Source of the DNA: an uncultured bacterium
GTDB lineage: Bacteria > Planctomycetota > UBA1135 > GCA-002686595
DNA length: 64,000 nucleotides
Direction of reading: 5' to 3'
Assembly: GCA_943787795.1 (NCBI GenBank)
Contig: CALSNU010000003.1
Span: 1 to 64,000 of the forward strand
Below, one piece after another: positions 48,985 to 58,010 of this stretch (positions are counted from its first letter, which is position 1; the number at the start of each line of letters is the position of its first letter). The notes under the pieces are model-generated. The model was not told the origin of the DNA and did no database searches. It saw only the letters and a program-made list of their open reading frames with translations. The translations under genes and the position numbers were made by a program.

Positions 48985-50502
48985 ATGTCCTTCACCCCGA
49001 TCCGCGCTGCCCTCCTCGCGTTCCTCGCTCTCTTCCTCGCGTCGCCCGCCAAGGCGACCTGGTCGATCGTGGTCATCAATCGTGTGACCGGTGAGCTCGC
49101 GGTGGCGACGTCCACCTGTATCGCCGGCTTCGACATCGCGACGGCGGTCCCGGTCATCCGTGTCGGCTACGCGGCGGGCGCCGCGCAGTCGTTCGTGATC
49201 TCGCAGGCCACCAACCGGCGGCGGATCTTCCGCAATTCGCTCCGGGGCGCCACGCCCCAGCAGCTCCTCGACCTGATCGAGGCCAGCGACGGCGGCTTCC
49301 AGAATCGCCAGTTCGGGATCGTGGCCTTCGCGGGATCTCCGGTCACGCACACGGGCAGCTCGAACGGCGACTTCGCGGACGGGCTGACGGGGTCCTTCGG
49401 TCCCTACGAGTATGCGATCCAGGGGAACGTGCTCACGGGCGCCAACGTGGTGCTCGACTGTGAGGCGGCCTTCCTCGCCACGAACGGCGACCTCGGAGAG
49501 CGCATGGTGGCGGCCATGGAGGCGGCGCGCGACGCGGGCGGAGACGGGCGCTGCTCCTGCGCGCCAGGGACGCCCACGGGCTGCGGCTCCCCGCCGCCGA
49601 GCTTCACGTACGCCTCCTACAACGCCTTCATGGCGATCGCGCGGCTGGGAGATACCGACGCGCCGTGCCTGGGGACCACCGGTTGCGCCGCCGGAGATTA
49701 CTACCTGCGCATCACCTACGCGGGCGGCCCCAACGGCCAGGAGCCGATCGCGCGACTGCGCCAGGAGTACGACGCCTGGCGGGCGGGTCAGGTGGCGCGG
49801 CCGGACCACGTGCTGAGCGAGTTGACCTCCTCGGTCCCGCGCCTGCAGGCCGACGGGAAGACGTCGAGCCGGGTGGAGATCCGCCTCCGGGACATCGACG
49901 GGAACCCCCTCGCCATGGGCGGTCAGACGGTGACGGTGACGAGGGCCTCAGGGCCGAACGTCGCCCAGGCCGCCAACGTGGTGGACAACGGCGACGGGAC
50001 CCACAGCCTGGATCTCGTGGCCACGCTGAACCAGGGAGTGGGGACGTATCACGTCACCGTGGACGATGGCATCCGGCCCGTGCAACTCTACCCCGTGCTC
50101 GTGATCGAGTCCGCCGCCCCCGCACAGGTCCACATCGGCCAGGCCGAGCTCTCGGCCGCCGACGGGACCCCGCTGCCGATCATCATTGACCGCGGCGCCG
50201 CTGATGGCGGCGCCTCGTATCGCGTGCTCGCCTCGCTGTCCGGGACTCAGCCGGGATCGGTCCTGGGAGGCGTGAACGTGCCGCTCAACCCTGATCGGAT
50301 CTTCAGCTTCACGGCGGGCTGGCCTGGCGGCGCCCCCTTCACCGGGAACGCGGGTGTCCTGGATCAAGACGGTCGAGGCGAGGCGGTCCTCGACCTGCTC
50401 CCTGGGGCGCTGGTGCCCTTCGTCGGCTCCACGCTGTCCTTCAGCGCGGTGATCGGCGGGCAGGCGGCCACTCCTGCGGCGTCCATCCTGGTCGGGCCCT
50501 GA
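48985..50502 (+). CDS. Secreted DUF1028 (Ntn-hydrolase-like) protein with invasin/Big_1-like domain, paralog 1
   Basis: AKA|TWSIV, RQFGIV, AIQGNVL, GGDGR, ADGKT..VVDNGDGT. Confidence 0.85.
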   Translation: MSFTPIRAALLAFLALFLASPAKATWSIVVINRVTGELAVATSTCIAGFDIATAVPVIRVGYAAGAAQSFVISQATNRRRIFRNSLRGATPQQLLDLIEASDGGFQNRQFGIVAFAGSPVTHTGSSNGDFADGLTGSFGPYEYAIQGNVLTGANVVLDCEAAFLATNGDLGERMVAAMEAARDAGGDGRCSCAPGTPTGCGSPPPSFTYASYNAFMAIARLGDTDAPCLGTTGCAAGDYYLRITYAGGPNGQEPIARLRQEYDAWRAGQVARPDHVLSELTSSVPRLQADGKTSSRVEIRLRDIDGNPLAMGGQTVTVTRASGPNVAQAANVVDNGDGTHSLDLVATLNQGVGTYHVTVDDGIRPVQLYPVLVIESAAPAQVHIGQAELSAADGTPLPIIIDRGAADGGASYRVLASLSGTQPGSVLGGVNVPLNPDRIFSFTAGWPGGAPFTGNAGVLDQDGRGEAVLDLLPGALVPFVGSTLSFSAVIGGQAATPAASILVGP

Positions 50503-50608
50503 GTTTGCCCCCGAGTCTGCCCCCGAGGCTGGCCCAGAGGCTGCCCCGGAGGCTGTCTCAGGGGCCGTCTCAGAGGTTGCCTCTGCGGCGGTCTCCGGGG
50601 TTCCTCCC
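50501..50608. repeat. Degenerate 12-bp tandem array (7-9 units) starting in the stop codon
   Basis: gagtttgccccc, gagtctgccccc, gaggctggccca, gaggctgccccg, gaggctgtctca and others. Confidence 0.85.
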
Positions 50609-50650
50609 GGATCCGGGGCCCCGATCGCCGGGCGGTGCTAGGGTCGAGCC

Positions 50651-52168
50651 ATGCCCCGAGCACTCCTTCGTCTCGCGATCGTCGGGCTCCTCTCGCTGGC
50701 CCTGGTGGACCGCGCGGCGGCCACCTGGTCCATTGTCGCCCTCAACCGGGCCACGGGAGAGGTCGGGGTGCTCGTCTCGACCTGCATCAGCAACTTCGAC
50801 GCCGGGCAGCGGCTGCCGGTGATCCGGGTGGGGGTCGCGGCCGGCGTGACCCAGGGCTTCTGGCAGAGCAACGCGGTGAATCGGCGTCGCATCTACAGGA
50901 ACTCGCAGCGGGGGGCCACGGGGCAGCAGCTCCTCGACCTCATCGAGGTGCTCGACGGTGGCTTCGAGAACCGGACCATCGGGATCGTCGCCTTCGCCGG
51001 ACCGCCGGCCTCCCACACGGGGAGCAACGGCGGCCCCTACCTCGGCAAGCGCGTCGGGGTGATTGGCGACTTTGAGTATGCGATCCAGGGCGGAGGTCTC
51101 AGCGGCGCCAACGTGCTCGATGTCTGCGAGGCGGTCTTCATCAGCACGGCTGGAGATCTGGGCCAGCGTATGCTCGCCGCCATGGAGGCGTCGAGGGATG
51201 CGGGCGGCGACGGCCGGTGCTCCTGCGATACGGTGCAGCCCACCAGCTGTGGCTCGCCTCCGCCGAGCTTCACGCACGCGTCGTACTGCGCGTTCATGGC
51301 GGTCGCTCGCCCGGGCGACACCGACGCTCCCTGTCTCGGGTCCACCGGGTGTGTGGCGGGGGACTACTACCTGCGCTTCAACTACTCGGGGACCCCGAGC
51401 TCCCAGGAGCCGATGGCTCGGCTACGCGCCGAGTACGACGCCTGGCGAGCGGGTCAGGTGACGCGGCCAGACCACGTGCTGAGCGAGGTGAGCTCCTCGG
51501 TCCCGCGCCTCCAGGCGGATGGGCAGACGTCGAGCCGGGTGGAGCTCCGCCTCCGTGACATCGACGGGACCCCCCTCGCCATGGGGGGGCAGTCGGTGAC
51601 GGTGACCCGGGCCTCCGGACCGAACGTGGCCCAGGCGGCCAACGTGGTGGACCACGGCGATGGGACCCACAGCTTCGACCTCGTGGCCACCCTGAACGAG
51701 GGGATCGGGACCTACCACGTCACCGTGGACGATGGGGTCCGGCCGGTGCAGCTCTACCCTGCGCTCACCGTGGAGTCAGCGGCGCCGGCGGAGCTGCACA
51801 TCGGCGAGGCGATCCTCTCTGCCAGCGCCGGGACGCCGCTGCCGCTGGTCCTCAACCGCGGCGCGTCCGACAGCGGGGCCTCCTACCGTGTGCTCGCGTC
51901 GCTCTCCGGCACGCAGCCCGGGACGGCCTTGGGGGGCGTCCACGTCGCGCTCAACCGCGACCGACTGTTCAACTTCACGGCGGGGTGGTCGGGCGGGGAC
52001 CCGTTCATCGGGAACGCCGGGGTGCTCGACGCGGACGGTCGCGCCGCGGCGCGTCTTGACCTCGCAGCGGGGGTCCTGGTGCCGTTCGTGGGGTCCACCA
52101 TGGCCTTCAGCGCGGTGATCGGCGGCCAGTCCGCGACCCCCGTGGCGTCGATCTTGATCCGCCCATAG
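50651..52168 (+). CDS. Secreted DUF1028 protein, paralog 2
   Basis: Same length (505 aa) and colinear with paralog 1; AAA|TWSIV. Confidence 0.85.
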   Translation: MPRALLRLAIVGLLSLALVDRAAATWSIVALNRATGEVGVLVSTCISNFDAGQRLPVIRVGVAAGVTQGFWQSNAVNRRRIYRNSQRGATGQQLLDLIEVLDGGFENRTIGIVAFAGPPASHTGSNGGPYLGKRVGVIGDFEYAIQGGGLSGANVLDVCEAVFISTAGDLGQRMLAAMEASRDAGGDGRCSCDTVQPTSCGSPPPSFTHASYCAFMAVARPGDTDAPCLGSTGCVAGDYYLRFNYSGTPSSQEPMARLRAEYDAWRAGQVTRPDHVLSEVSSSVPRLQADGQTSSRVELRLRDIDGTPLAMGGQSVTVTRASGPNVAQAANVVDHGDGTHSFDLVATLNEGIGTYHVTVDDGVRPVQLYPALTVESAAPAELHIGEAILSASAGTPLPLVLNRGASDSGASYRVLASLSGTQPGTALGGVHVALNRDRLFNFTAGWSGGDPFIGNAGVLDADGRAAARLDLAAGVLVPFVGSTMAFSAVIGGQSATPVASILIRP

Positions 52169-52249
52169 CTCGGCTCGGAGGACCGTGAGGCCGGAGGCGA
52201 CGCCGCGCCGAGCCCGCCTGCGGGCCCCGCCTCCGGTTGGTGAGCGCCC

Positions 52250-52470
52250 CAGCCGCGTTCAGCACGCAGCCGCAATCAGCACGCAGCCGCAATCAGCACG
52301 CAGCCGCAATCAGCACGCAGCCGCGTTCAGCACGCAGCCACGTTCAGCACGCAGCCGCGTTCAGCACGCAGCCGCGTTCAGCACGCAGTCGGGTTCAGCA
52401 CGCAGTCGGGTTCAGCACGCAGTCGGGTTCAGCATGCAGTCGGGCTCCGGACGCAGCCGAGGTCTGAGCG
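52250..52470. repeat. 17-bp tandem array, 11 conserved plus 2 degenerate units
   Basis: cagccgcgttcagcacg, cagccgcaatcagcacg and cagtcgggttcagcacg blocks. Confidence 0.97.
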
Positions 52471-52498
52471 CAGCGGAGCGGGCATCGCCTGGCGAGCC

Positions 52499-53518
52499 CT
52501 AGATGTGGTGCACCGGGCCGGTGCCCGCCGCGGCCGCGAGGAGCGTACGCCGCACATAGACGGGCACCATCTCCCGGCGGTACGCCGCGTCGCCGGGGAT
52601 GTTGTCCATGGGCTTGGCTTGCTTGTAGGCGAGGTCCCCGACAGCGGCGGCGGCGTGCTCGAAGCCCGGGGTCCCGACCTTCTGGCCGACCAGCGCGTCA
52701 GCGGTCCCCTTGATCCGCAGCGGCCGGGCCACGAGCGCGATGCACACGACGTCGGCGTCGGTGACGAGGTCACCCTCCACATCGAGGCGAATGGCGCAGC
52801 CGAACAGCGGGTAGTCGATGGAGCCGCGATCGCGCAGCTTGCCGTAGGCCCCGCGGTGCCCAGGCGCCTGGGCGGGGACGTTGATGTGGGTCAGCAGCGC
52901 GCCGCGACCCACGCCCTTGTTCCAGATCCCATCGGCCTTCCAGAGGTCGTCGATCTTCAGGGTCTGCGCCCCGCCTTCACCGGTGAACTCAAGGTGCGCC
53001 CCCAGAGACATCAGGGTCGGGGCCGTATCGTTGGACGCAGCGGCCACGCACTTGCGCCCGCCCGCGACGACGTGGCAGACGGTGCCGTCCTTCTTGAGGC
53101 AGTACCCCAGCGACTTCCGCCAGAAGTGGGTCTGGTTGTACCACTGGCAGCGCGTGTCGAGCATGACGTTGCCGCCCGCGGTGCCCATGGTCCGTAGCTG
53201 CGGACCGGCGATCAGCGAGGCTGCCTGGGCGAGCGCAGGCGCCCTGGCCACGACCGCCTCGCTGGCGGCCATGTCGGCGAGCGTGGTCATGGCGCCGATC
53301 CGCAGGCCCCCCTCGGGGGTCTCGGTCACGCCCTTCAGGTCGGCGACCTGGGCGAGGCTCACGACGACCTCGGGCTCGAACAACCCGTGCTTCATGTTCG
53401 GCAGCAGGTCGGTCCCGCCGGCCACGACCATGGCCCTCTCGCCGTGCTCCTCGAGGAGTGCGGTGACGCCGGCGATCTCGGTGGGCTCCTCGAGCCTGAA
53501 CTTGGGGAGACGCAGCAT
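52499..53518 (-). CDS. hcrB: FAD subunit with [4Fe-4S] insert, 4-hydroxybenzoyl-CoA reductase beta-like
   Basis: AGGTDL, GTAGGN, RCQWYNQ..YCLKKDGTVCHV..KC four-Cys insert, KLRDRGSIDYP. Confidence 0.8.
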   Translation of the reverse strand: MLRLPKFRLEEPTEIAGVTALLEEHGERAMVVAGGTDLLPNMKHGLFEPEVVVSLAQVADLKGVTETPEGGLRIGAMTTLADMAASEAVVARAPALAQAASLIAGPQLRTMGTAGGNVMLDTRCQWYNQTHFWRKSLGYCLKKDGTVCHVVAGGRKCVAAASNDTAPTLMSLGAHLEFTGEGGAQTLKIDDLWKADGIWNKGVGRGALLTHINVPAQAPGHRGAYGKLRDRGSIDYPLFGCAIRLDVEGDLVTDADVVCIALVARPLRIKGTADALVGQKVGTPGFEHAAAAVGDLAYKQAKPMDNIPGDAAYRREMVPVYVRRTLLAAAAGTGPVHHI

Positions 53519-55896
53519 CAGCCCAGCCCTCCCTGGGATTCCATGGCGGTGGCCGCACCGCCGCCGGCCTCGCGCTCGCGCTCGCGCTTCTCGCGCAGGG
53601 CAGCGAGGACCTTGGCCGGGGTGAAGGGGAGCTCCCTCAGGCGGATGCCGACGGCGTCGTGGATGGCGTTGGCGAGGGCGGGGATCGCCGAGTGCAGCGG
53701 GCCCTCGCCGGCCTCCTTGGCGCCGTAGGGTCCCTCGGGGTCGATGCTCTCCACGATGAAGGTCTCGATGTCCGGGGTGTCGATGGCCGTGGGGAGGCGA
53801 TAGTCGAGCAGCGACGGTCCGCTGTGGAGACCGAAGCGGTTCACCTTGTGCTCCTCGAGGAGCGCCTCGGCGATCCCCATGTAGACCGAGCCCTCGATCT
53901 GCCCGGCCACGAGCCGCGGGTTGAGGGCGCGCCCGCAGTCGTGGGCGCACCAGACCTTGGGGACGGTGATCCGCCCCGTCTCCTCGTCCACGTCCACCTC
54001 GACCACGTGGGCCGTGAAGGAGTAGGCGGGCGAGGCGCCGATGCTACCGCCGCGGTAGTCGCCGCCGAGGGTGGGGGTGTTGTAAGAGCCGGTGGAGCCG
54101 AGGGTGTCGAAGCGCGCCTCGGCGAGCTCGAAGGCCTCGCGGGTCGTGAGCACCTGCTCGGGGTCCTCGAGGTCGATCGCGCGACCCTCGATGAGGCGCA
54201 CTCGGCGCTCCTCGACCTCCCACTTCTCGGCCACTGCCGTGACGATCTTGGCGCGCAGCTTGCGTGCCGCGTCGATGGTGGCGTTACCGACCATGAAGGT
54301 GACGCGGCTCGAGTACGCGCCGAGGTCCACGGGGCACAGGTCGGAGTCCGCCGCGATCACGCGCACGTCCTCGTGGTCCATGCCGAGCTCCTCTGCGACG
54401 ATGTATCGGACGACCGAGCTCGAGCCCTGTCCGATGTCGTTCGCGCCGCTGAAGACCGTCACCAGCCCGGACCGGTCGACCTTGAGCTGGATGCCCGCCT
54501 GGGGCATCTCGTTGGGATAGATCGGGTAGTTCGTGCCGGAGATGTACATGGAGCCGGCGACGCCCAGGCCGCGGCCCCGGGGCAGCTTGCCCCGTCGCTC
54601 GGTCCAGTCGGAGCCGCGCTCGACCTTATCGAGGCACTCCATGAAGCCGCTCGATGTGATGCGTTGACCGTTGACGGTCTTGGTGTGCTCACCGTGGAAG
54701 TTCTTGCGGCGGATCTCGATCGGGTCGAGGCCCAGCTGCTCCGCCACCTCGTCCAGCTGGCACTCGAAGGCGAACCGCGGCTGGACCGAGCCGTGCCCGC
54801 GCTTCGGTCCGCAGGGGGGCTTGTTCGTGAAGACGCGGGTCGAGTCGAACCGGTAGGCCGGGAAGTCGTAGGGACCCGAGAGGAGCTGACCCGAGTAGTA
54901 GGTCGTGACCAGGCCGAAGGAGCTGTACGACCCGCCGTCGATGAGGATCCGGGCGTCGACGCTGGTGATCTTGCCGTCCTTGGTGGCGCTCGTGGTGTAG
55001 TCGAGCTCCATGGGGTGGCGCCCGCGGTGGGCGTAGAAGACCTCCTCGCGGGTCCAGAGCATCTTGACCGGCCGGCCCGTGAGCTGCGCGAGCTTGGCGA
55101 CGCAGAATTCCAGGCTGAAGGGGTCGGACTTGCCGCCGAAGGCGCCGCCGAGGCAGGGCTGGATGACGCGGATGCGCTGGGGCTCCCACTCGAGGACGCG
55201 CGCCAGGGCGCGGTGCACGTAGTGGGAGATCTGGGTCGAGGACCAGAGGGTCAGGACCCCGTCTGCCGCCACCCGGGCGACGGCGCAGTGGGGCTCGATG
55301 GCGGCGTGCGTGGAGCCGTGGAAGCGGTAGGACCCCTCGACGACCAGGTCCGCGCTTTCCTGCGCGCCGTCCACGTCGCCAAAGTCCAGCTCCACGTGCT
55401 TGGAGACGTTGTTCTCCTTGCGGCTGGCGTGGATCTGCGGCGCGTCCCGCTCGAGGGACTCGCGGGGGTCGAGGAAGGCGTGGAGCTCCTCGTACTCGAC
55501 GTCAATCAGCTCGAGGGCTGCGTTGGCGGTGTCCTCGTCCACGGCGGCCACCGCGGCGACCTCGTCGCCGATGAAGCGGACCTTCTCGGTGGCGAGGGCG
55601 GTCTCGTCGGGCGTCCACGGGATGACGCCGTACTGGATGGAGAGGTCCGCGCCGGTGATCACCGCGTGGACGCCCGGGAGCGCGAGGGCCCGCGAGGTGT
55701 CAATGGAGAGGATCCTCGCGTGGGCGTGGGGGCTCCGCAGCGTCTTCGCGTGGAGCATGCCAGGAAGCAGGATGTCGTCGGCGTAGACCGCCTCGCCGGT
55801 GGCCTTGGAGACGCCGTCAATCTTGCGGTGGCTCTTGCCGACGATCCGGAACTCTTCCCAGGGCGCCTCGACGCCGTGAATGTCGCGTGCGGCCAT
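53518..55896 (-). CDS. hcrA: Molybdopterin-binding subunit, 4-hydroxybenzoyl-CoA reductase alpha-like (xanthine oxidase family)
   Basis: LRSPHAHA, GGAFGGK, KRGHG, GAYSSRVT, GAKEAGEG. Confidence 0.8.
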   Translation of the reverse strand: MAARDIHGVEAPWEEFRIVGKSHRKIDGVSKATGEAVYADDILLPGMLHAKTLRSPHAHARILSIDTSRALALPGVHAVITGADLSIQYGVIPWTPDETALATEKVRFIGDEVAAVAAVDEDTANAALELIDVEYEELHAFLDPRESLERDAPQIHASRKENNVSKHVELDFGDVDGAQESADLVVEGSYRFHGSTHAAIEPHCAVARVAADGVLTLWSSTQISHYVHRALARVLEWEPQRIRVIQPCLGGAFGGKSDPFSLEFCVAKLAQLTGRPVKMLWTREEVFYAHRGRHPMELDYTTSATKDGKITSVDARILIDGGSYSSFGLVTTYYSGQLLSGPYDFPAYRFDSTRVFTNKPPCGPKRGHGSVQPRFAFECQLDEVAEQLGLDPIEIRRKNFHGEHTKTVNGQRITSSGFMECLDKVERGSDWTERRGKLPRGRGLGVAGSMYISGTNYPIYPNEMPQAGIQLKVDRSGLVTVFSGANDIGQGSSSVVRYIVAEELGMDHEDVRVIAADSDLCPVDLGAYSSRVTFMVGNATIDAARKLRAKIVTAVAEKWEVEERRVRLIEGRAIDLEDPEQVLTTREAFELAEARFDTLGSTGSYNTPTLGGDYRGGSIGASPAYSFTAHVVEVDVDEETGRITVPKVWCAHDCGRALNPRLVAGQIEGSVYMGIAEALLEEHKVNRFGLHSGPSLLDYRLPTAIDTPDIETFIVESIDPEGPYGAKEAGEGPLHSAIPALANAIHDAVGIRLRELPFTPAKVLAALREKREREREAGGGAATAMESQGGLG

Positions 55897-56462
55897 CAAA
55901 GAGTCTCCTCGCGCAGGTGTTCGCGGTCCTCGACCCAGCTGGGCCGGGGCGCGTCCGCGCCGAACGACTCGGCGACGGCGGTCTCCACGGCCTCGATGAT
56001 CTGGGTGTACCCGGTGCAGCGGCAGAGGTTGCCGGACAGGGCCTTCTGAATCTCCTCGCGGCTGGGGTTCGGCGTCCGGTCCAAGAGGGCGCGAGCCGAG
56101 AGCATCATGCCCGGCTGGCAGAAGCCGCACTGGAGGGCGCCGCAGCGGTCGAAGGCGTCCTGGACCGGATCGATCCCGCCGGTCGCCGTTCCCTCCAACG
56201 CCTCGCTGCGCTTGAGGTGGGCGGGCCTGAGGCCCTCGATGGTCTGCACCGAGCACCCCTGGGCCTCCGCGCTGAGGGTCAGGCAGGAGAGCACCGGCTT
56301 GCCGTCCACGAGGACCGTGCAGGCGCCGCAGTCCCCCTTGTCACAGCCTTGCTTGGAGCCTGTCAGCCCCAGCCGGTAGCGAAGAACCTCGAGCAGGGTC
56401 CAGTGGTCTGGCGCCGCAGTCTCCTGCTGGTCGCCGTTGACATCTAGGGTCAGCACGCGCAT
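55896..56462 (-). CDS. hcrC: 2x[2Fe-2S] subunit, gamma-like
   Basis: GCDKGDCGACTV..SC, QCGFC, NLCRCTGY. Confidence 0.8.
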   Translation of the reverse strand: MRVLTLDVNGDQQETAAPDHWTLLEVLRYRLGLTGSKQGCDKGDCGACTVLVDGKPVLSCLTLSAEAQGCSVQTIEGLRPAHLKRSEALEGTATGGIDPVQDAFDRCGALQCGFCQPGMMLSARALLDRTPNPSREEIQKALSGNLCRCTGYTQIIEAVETAVAESFGADAPRPSWVEDREHLREETL

Positions 56463-56628
56463 GGCGCATATTGTCCGGATCCTGCGCCGGGAGGCACACC
56501 CAAATCCGAGGCTCGGTGGAGGGACGTGCAGCCACCCCCCCAAAATTGCCGCCTCCCCCGGATCCACGCGGGGAACCGGGGGAGGCGATGGTGACGGCTG
56601 GCCGACTCCGGTCACAGGCGGGGGCTCG

Positions 56629-57612
56629 TCAGGGGCGGTAGTCCCGGCCCTTCTGGAGGGCGCGGACGATCTCGTCCCGGCCAGCGAGGCCGAGGTGGTG
56701 ATCGAAGGCTCGCTCTTCGGCCTCGTAGCGGGGGCGGGTATCGTCCGGCTGGTGGTGCCCCAGGTCAGCGATGATCAGGCCGAGGGCGGACTCGTGGTAG
56801 CGGAAGAGGAAGGCGATGATCGCCATGGCCTCGGGCTGCATCACCGCGTCGGCGTCCATCCCGCCGTTGAGCTGGAAGAGGTCGAGCTTCCAATCCTCCG
56901 CCGAGGCCCTCTTCGAGACCTCTTGCTGGATCGAACGGAGGGTCCGGAGCTTACCGTCGACGAGCGCGCGGCTGGATGACCGCTCGGACACCAGGCTCGC
57001 GATGCCGTCGGTCATCCACCGGGAGAGGTAGGGCTGCTCGGCCCTCATGATCTCCGAGGCGATGCACTCCACGAGCCGGGCGTCCACCTCGCGCCGCGCG
57101 GTGGCGTCTCCGTCCTCGACGTACCCGTCGAAGTTCTGGTCCACGTCGAGGGCACGGGCGCCCTTCATGGCCGTGCCGAGGTCCGTCTTGCTGGTGGCCC
57201 GCAGGATCACGATGGGCTCCGAGCCGGGGCTCATGAATGGGGCCAGGGAGCGGACGGTCCGCTCCACGAGGGCCGCGCTGGTGGAGAAACGCTGGAACCG
57301 ATCCTGGTCGGAGAGGAGCACCACCCGCTGATCCTGGTCCACGTCGATCCGATAGCCGCGGCGGGTTGCGAAGTCGTGCCAGCGGCCGATCGCGACGCGG
57401 GTGGCGGCGCCCAGGGCCTCGCGGCGGCGCTCGTCATGGTTGATCAGCTTGCCGTCCCATCGGACCTCGGCCGGCGCGACCTCCTTGGGATGAGCCTGGT
57501 CTGTCGTGGCGTTCGCCGCGGCCTGTGCGCGGTTGAGGTCATCCCCGAGCTGCTGGAGCAGCGTGGCGGACAGGAAGAGTAGGCCGGTGAGGAGGATCGC
57601 CCGTGTGAACAT
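56629..57612 (-). CDS. Secreted/anchored hypothetical protein
   Basis: Signal-like N-terminus from ATG 57612; RWMTDGIA resembles a gluzincin W..EG.A motif. Confidence 0.7.
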   Translation of the reverse strand: MFTRAILLTGLLFLSATLLQQLGDDLNRAQAAANATTDQAHPKEVAPAEVRWDGKLINHDERRREALGAATRVAIGRWHDFATRRGYRIDVDQDQRVVLLSDQDRFQRFSTSAALVERTVRSLAPFMSPGSEPIVILRATSKTDLGTAMKGARALDVDQNFDGYVEDGDATARREVDARLVECIASEIMRAEQPYLSRWMTDGIASLVSERSSSRALVDGKLRTLRSIQQEVSKRASAEDWKLDLFQLNGGMDADAVMQPEAMAIIAFLFRYHESALGLIIADLGHHQPDDTRPRYEAEERAFDHHLGLAGRDEIVRALQKGRDYRP

Positions 57613-57843
57613 GCGTCTGAAGAGGTTGCTGGCCCGTGGACGGGTCCTGGCCGTGTGTGGAGTCGGGCACCTGCCCAGGAATTGGCGCCTGCGCGACCGC
57701 GCTGTTCCGCTATCGGAGCCGCGGGCGGCCGGGCTGGAGCCTGCCACGGGGACTCACCGGGGCCTGGTCCTTGTGGCCGTCCCAACCTCTCGGAACGGGA
57801 CACCGGGGACGCGGGGCGCCAACCTGCGATGCGACGCGGCGCT

Positions 57844-57873
57844 CCGCGACGTCGCGGCGCCGCGACGTCGCGG
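57844..57873. promoter_or_regulatory. Perfect 30-bp palindrome made of two copies of a 14-bp palindrome
   Basis: ccgcgacgtcgcgg-cg-ccgcgacgtcgcgg; the sequence is certain, its function is not. Confidence 0.5.
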
Positions 57874-58010
57874 GGGCGACTCCGGGAGGACCCCATGGCT
57901 TGGCCCGAAGGCGCCATCCGCCTGGCTCGGCGCGCGCCTGATCCCGGGGCGAGAGCCTGTGCTCTGGGCCCTCCCCGGCCTTCGATCTCCGGCCTCTCTC
58001 GCGCGCGCCT

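Noticed and set aside
52250..52470. Possible CRISPR array (also 23001-23102, 12942-13058, 5901-6097)
   Set aside because: Units are contiguous 13-18 bp with no unique spacers, and there are no cas genes in the window
52185..52502. Repeat-protein ORF (QHAA/STQP/SARS), and similar ORFs at 5848-6129 and 12836-13195
   Set aside because: Products of non-triplet or degenerate DNA repeats cycling through frames; no coding evidence
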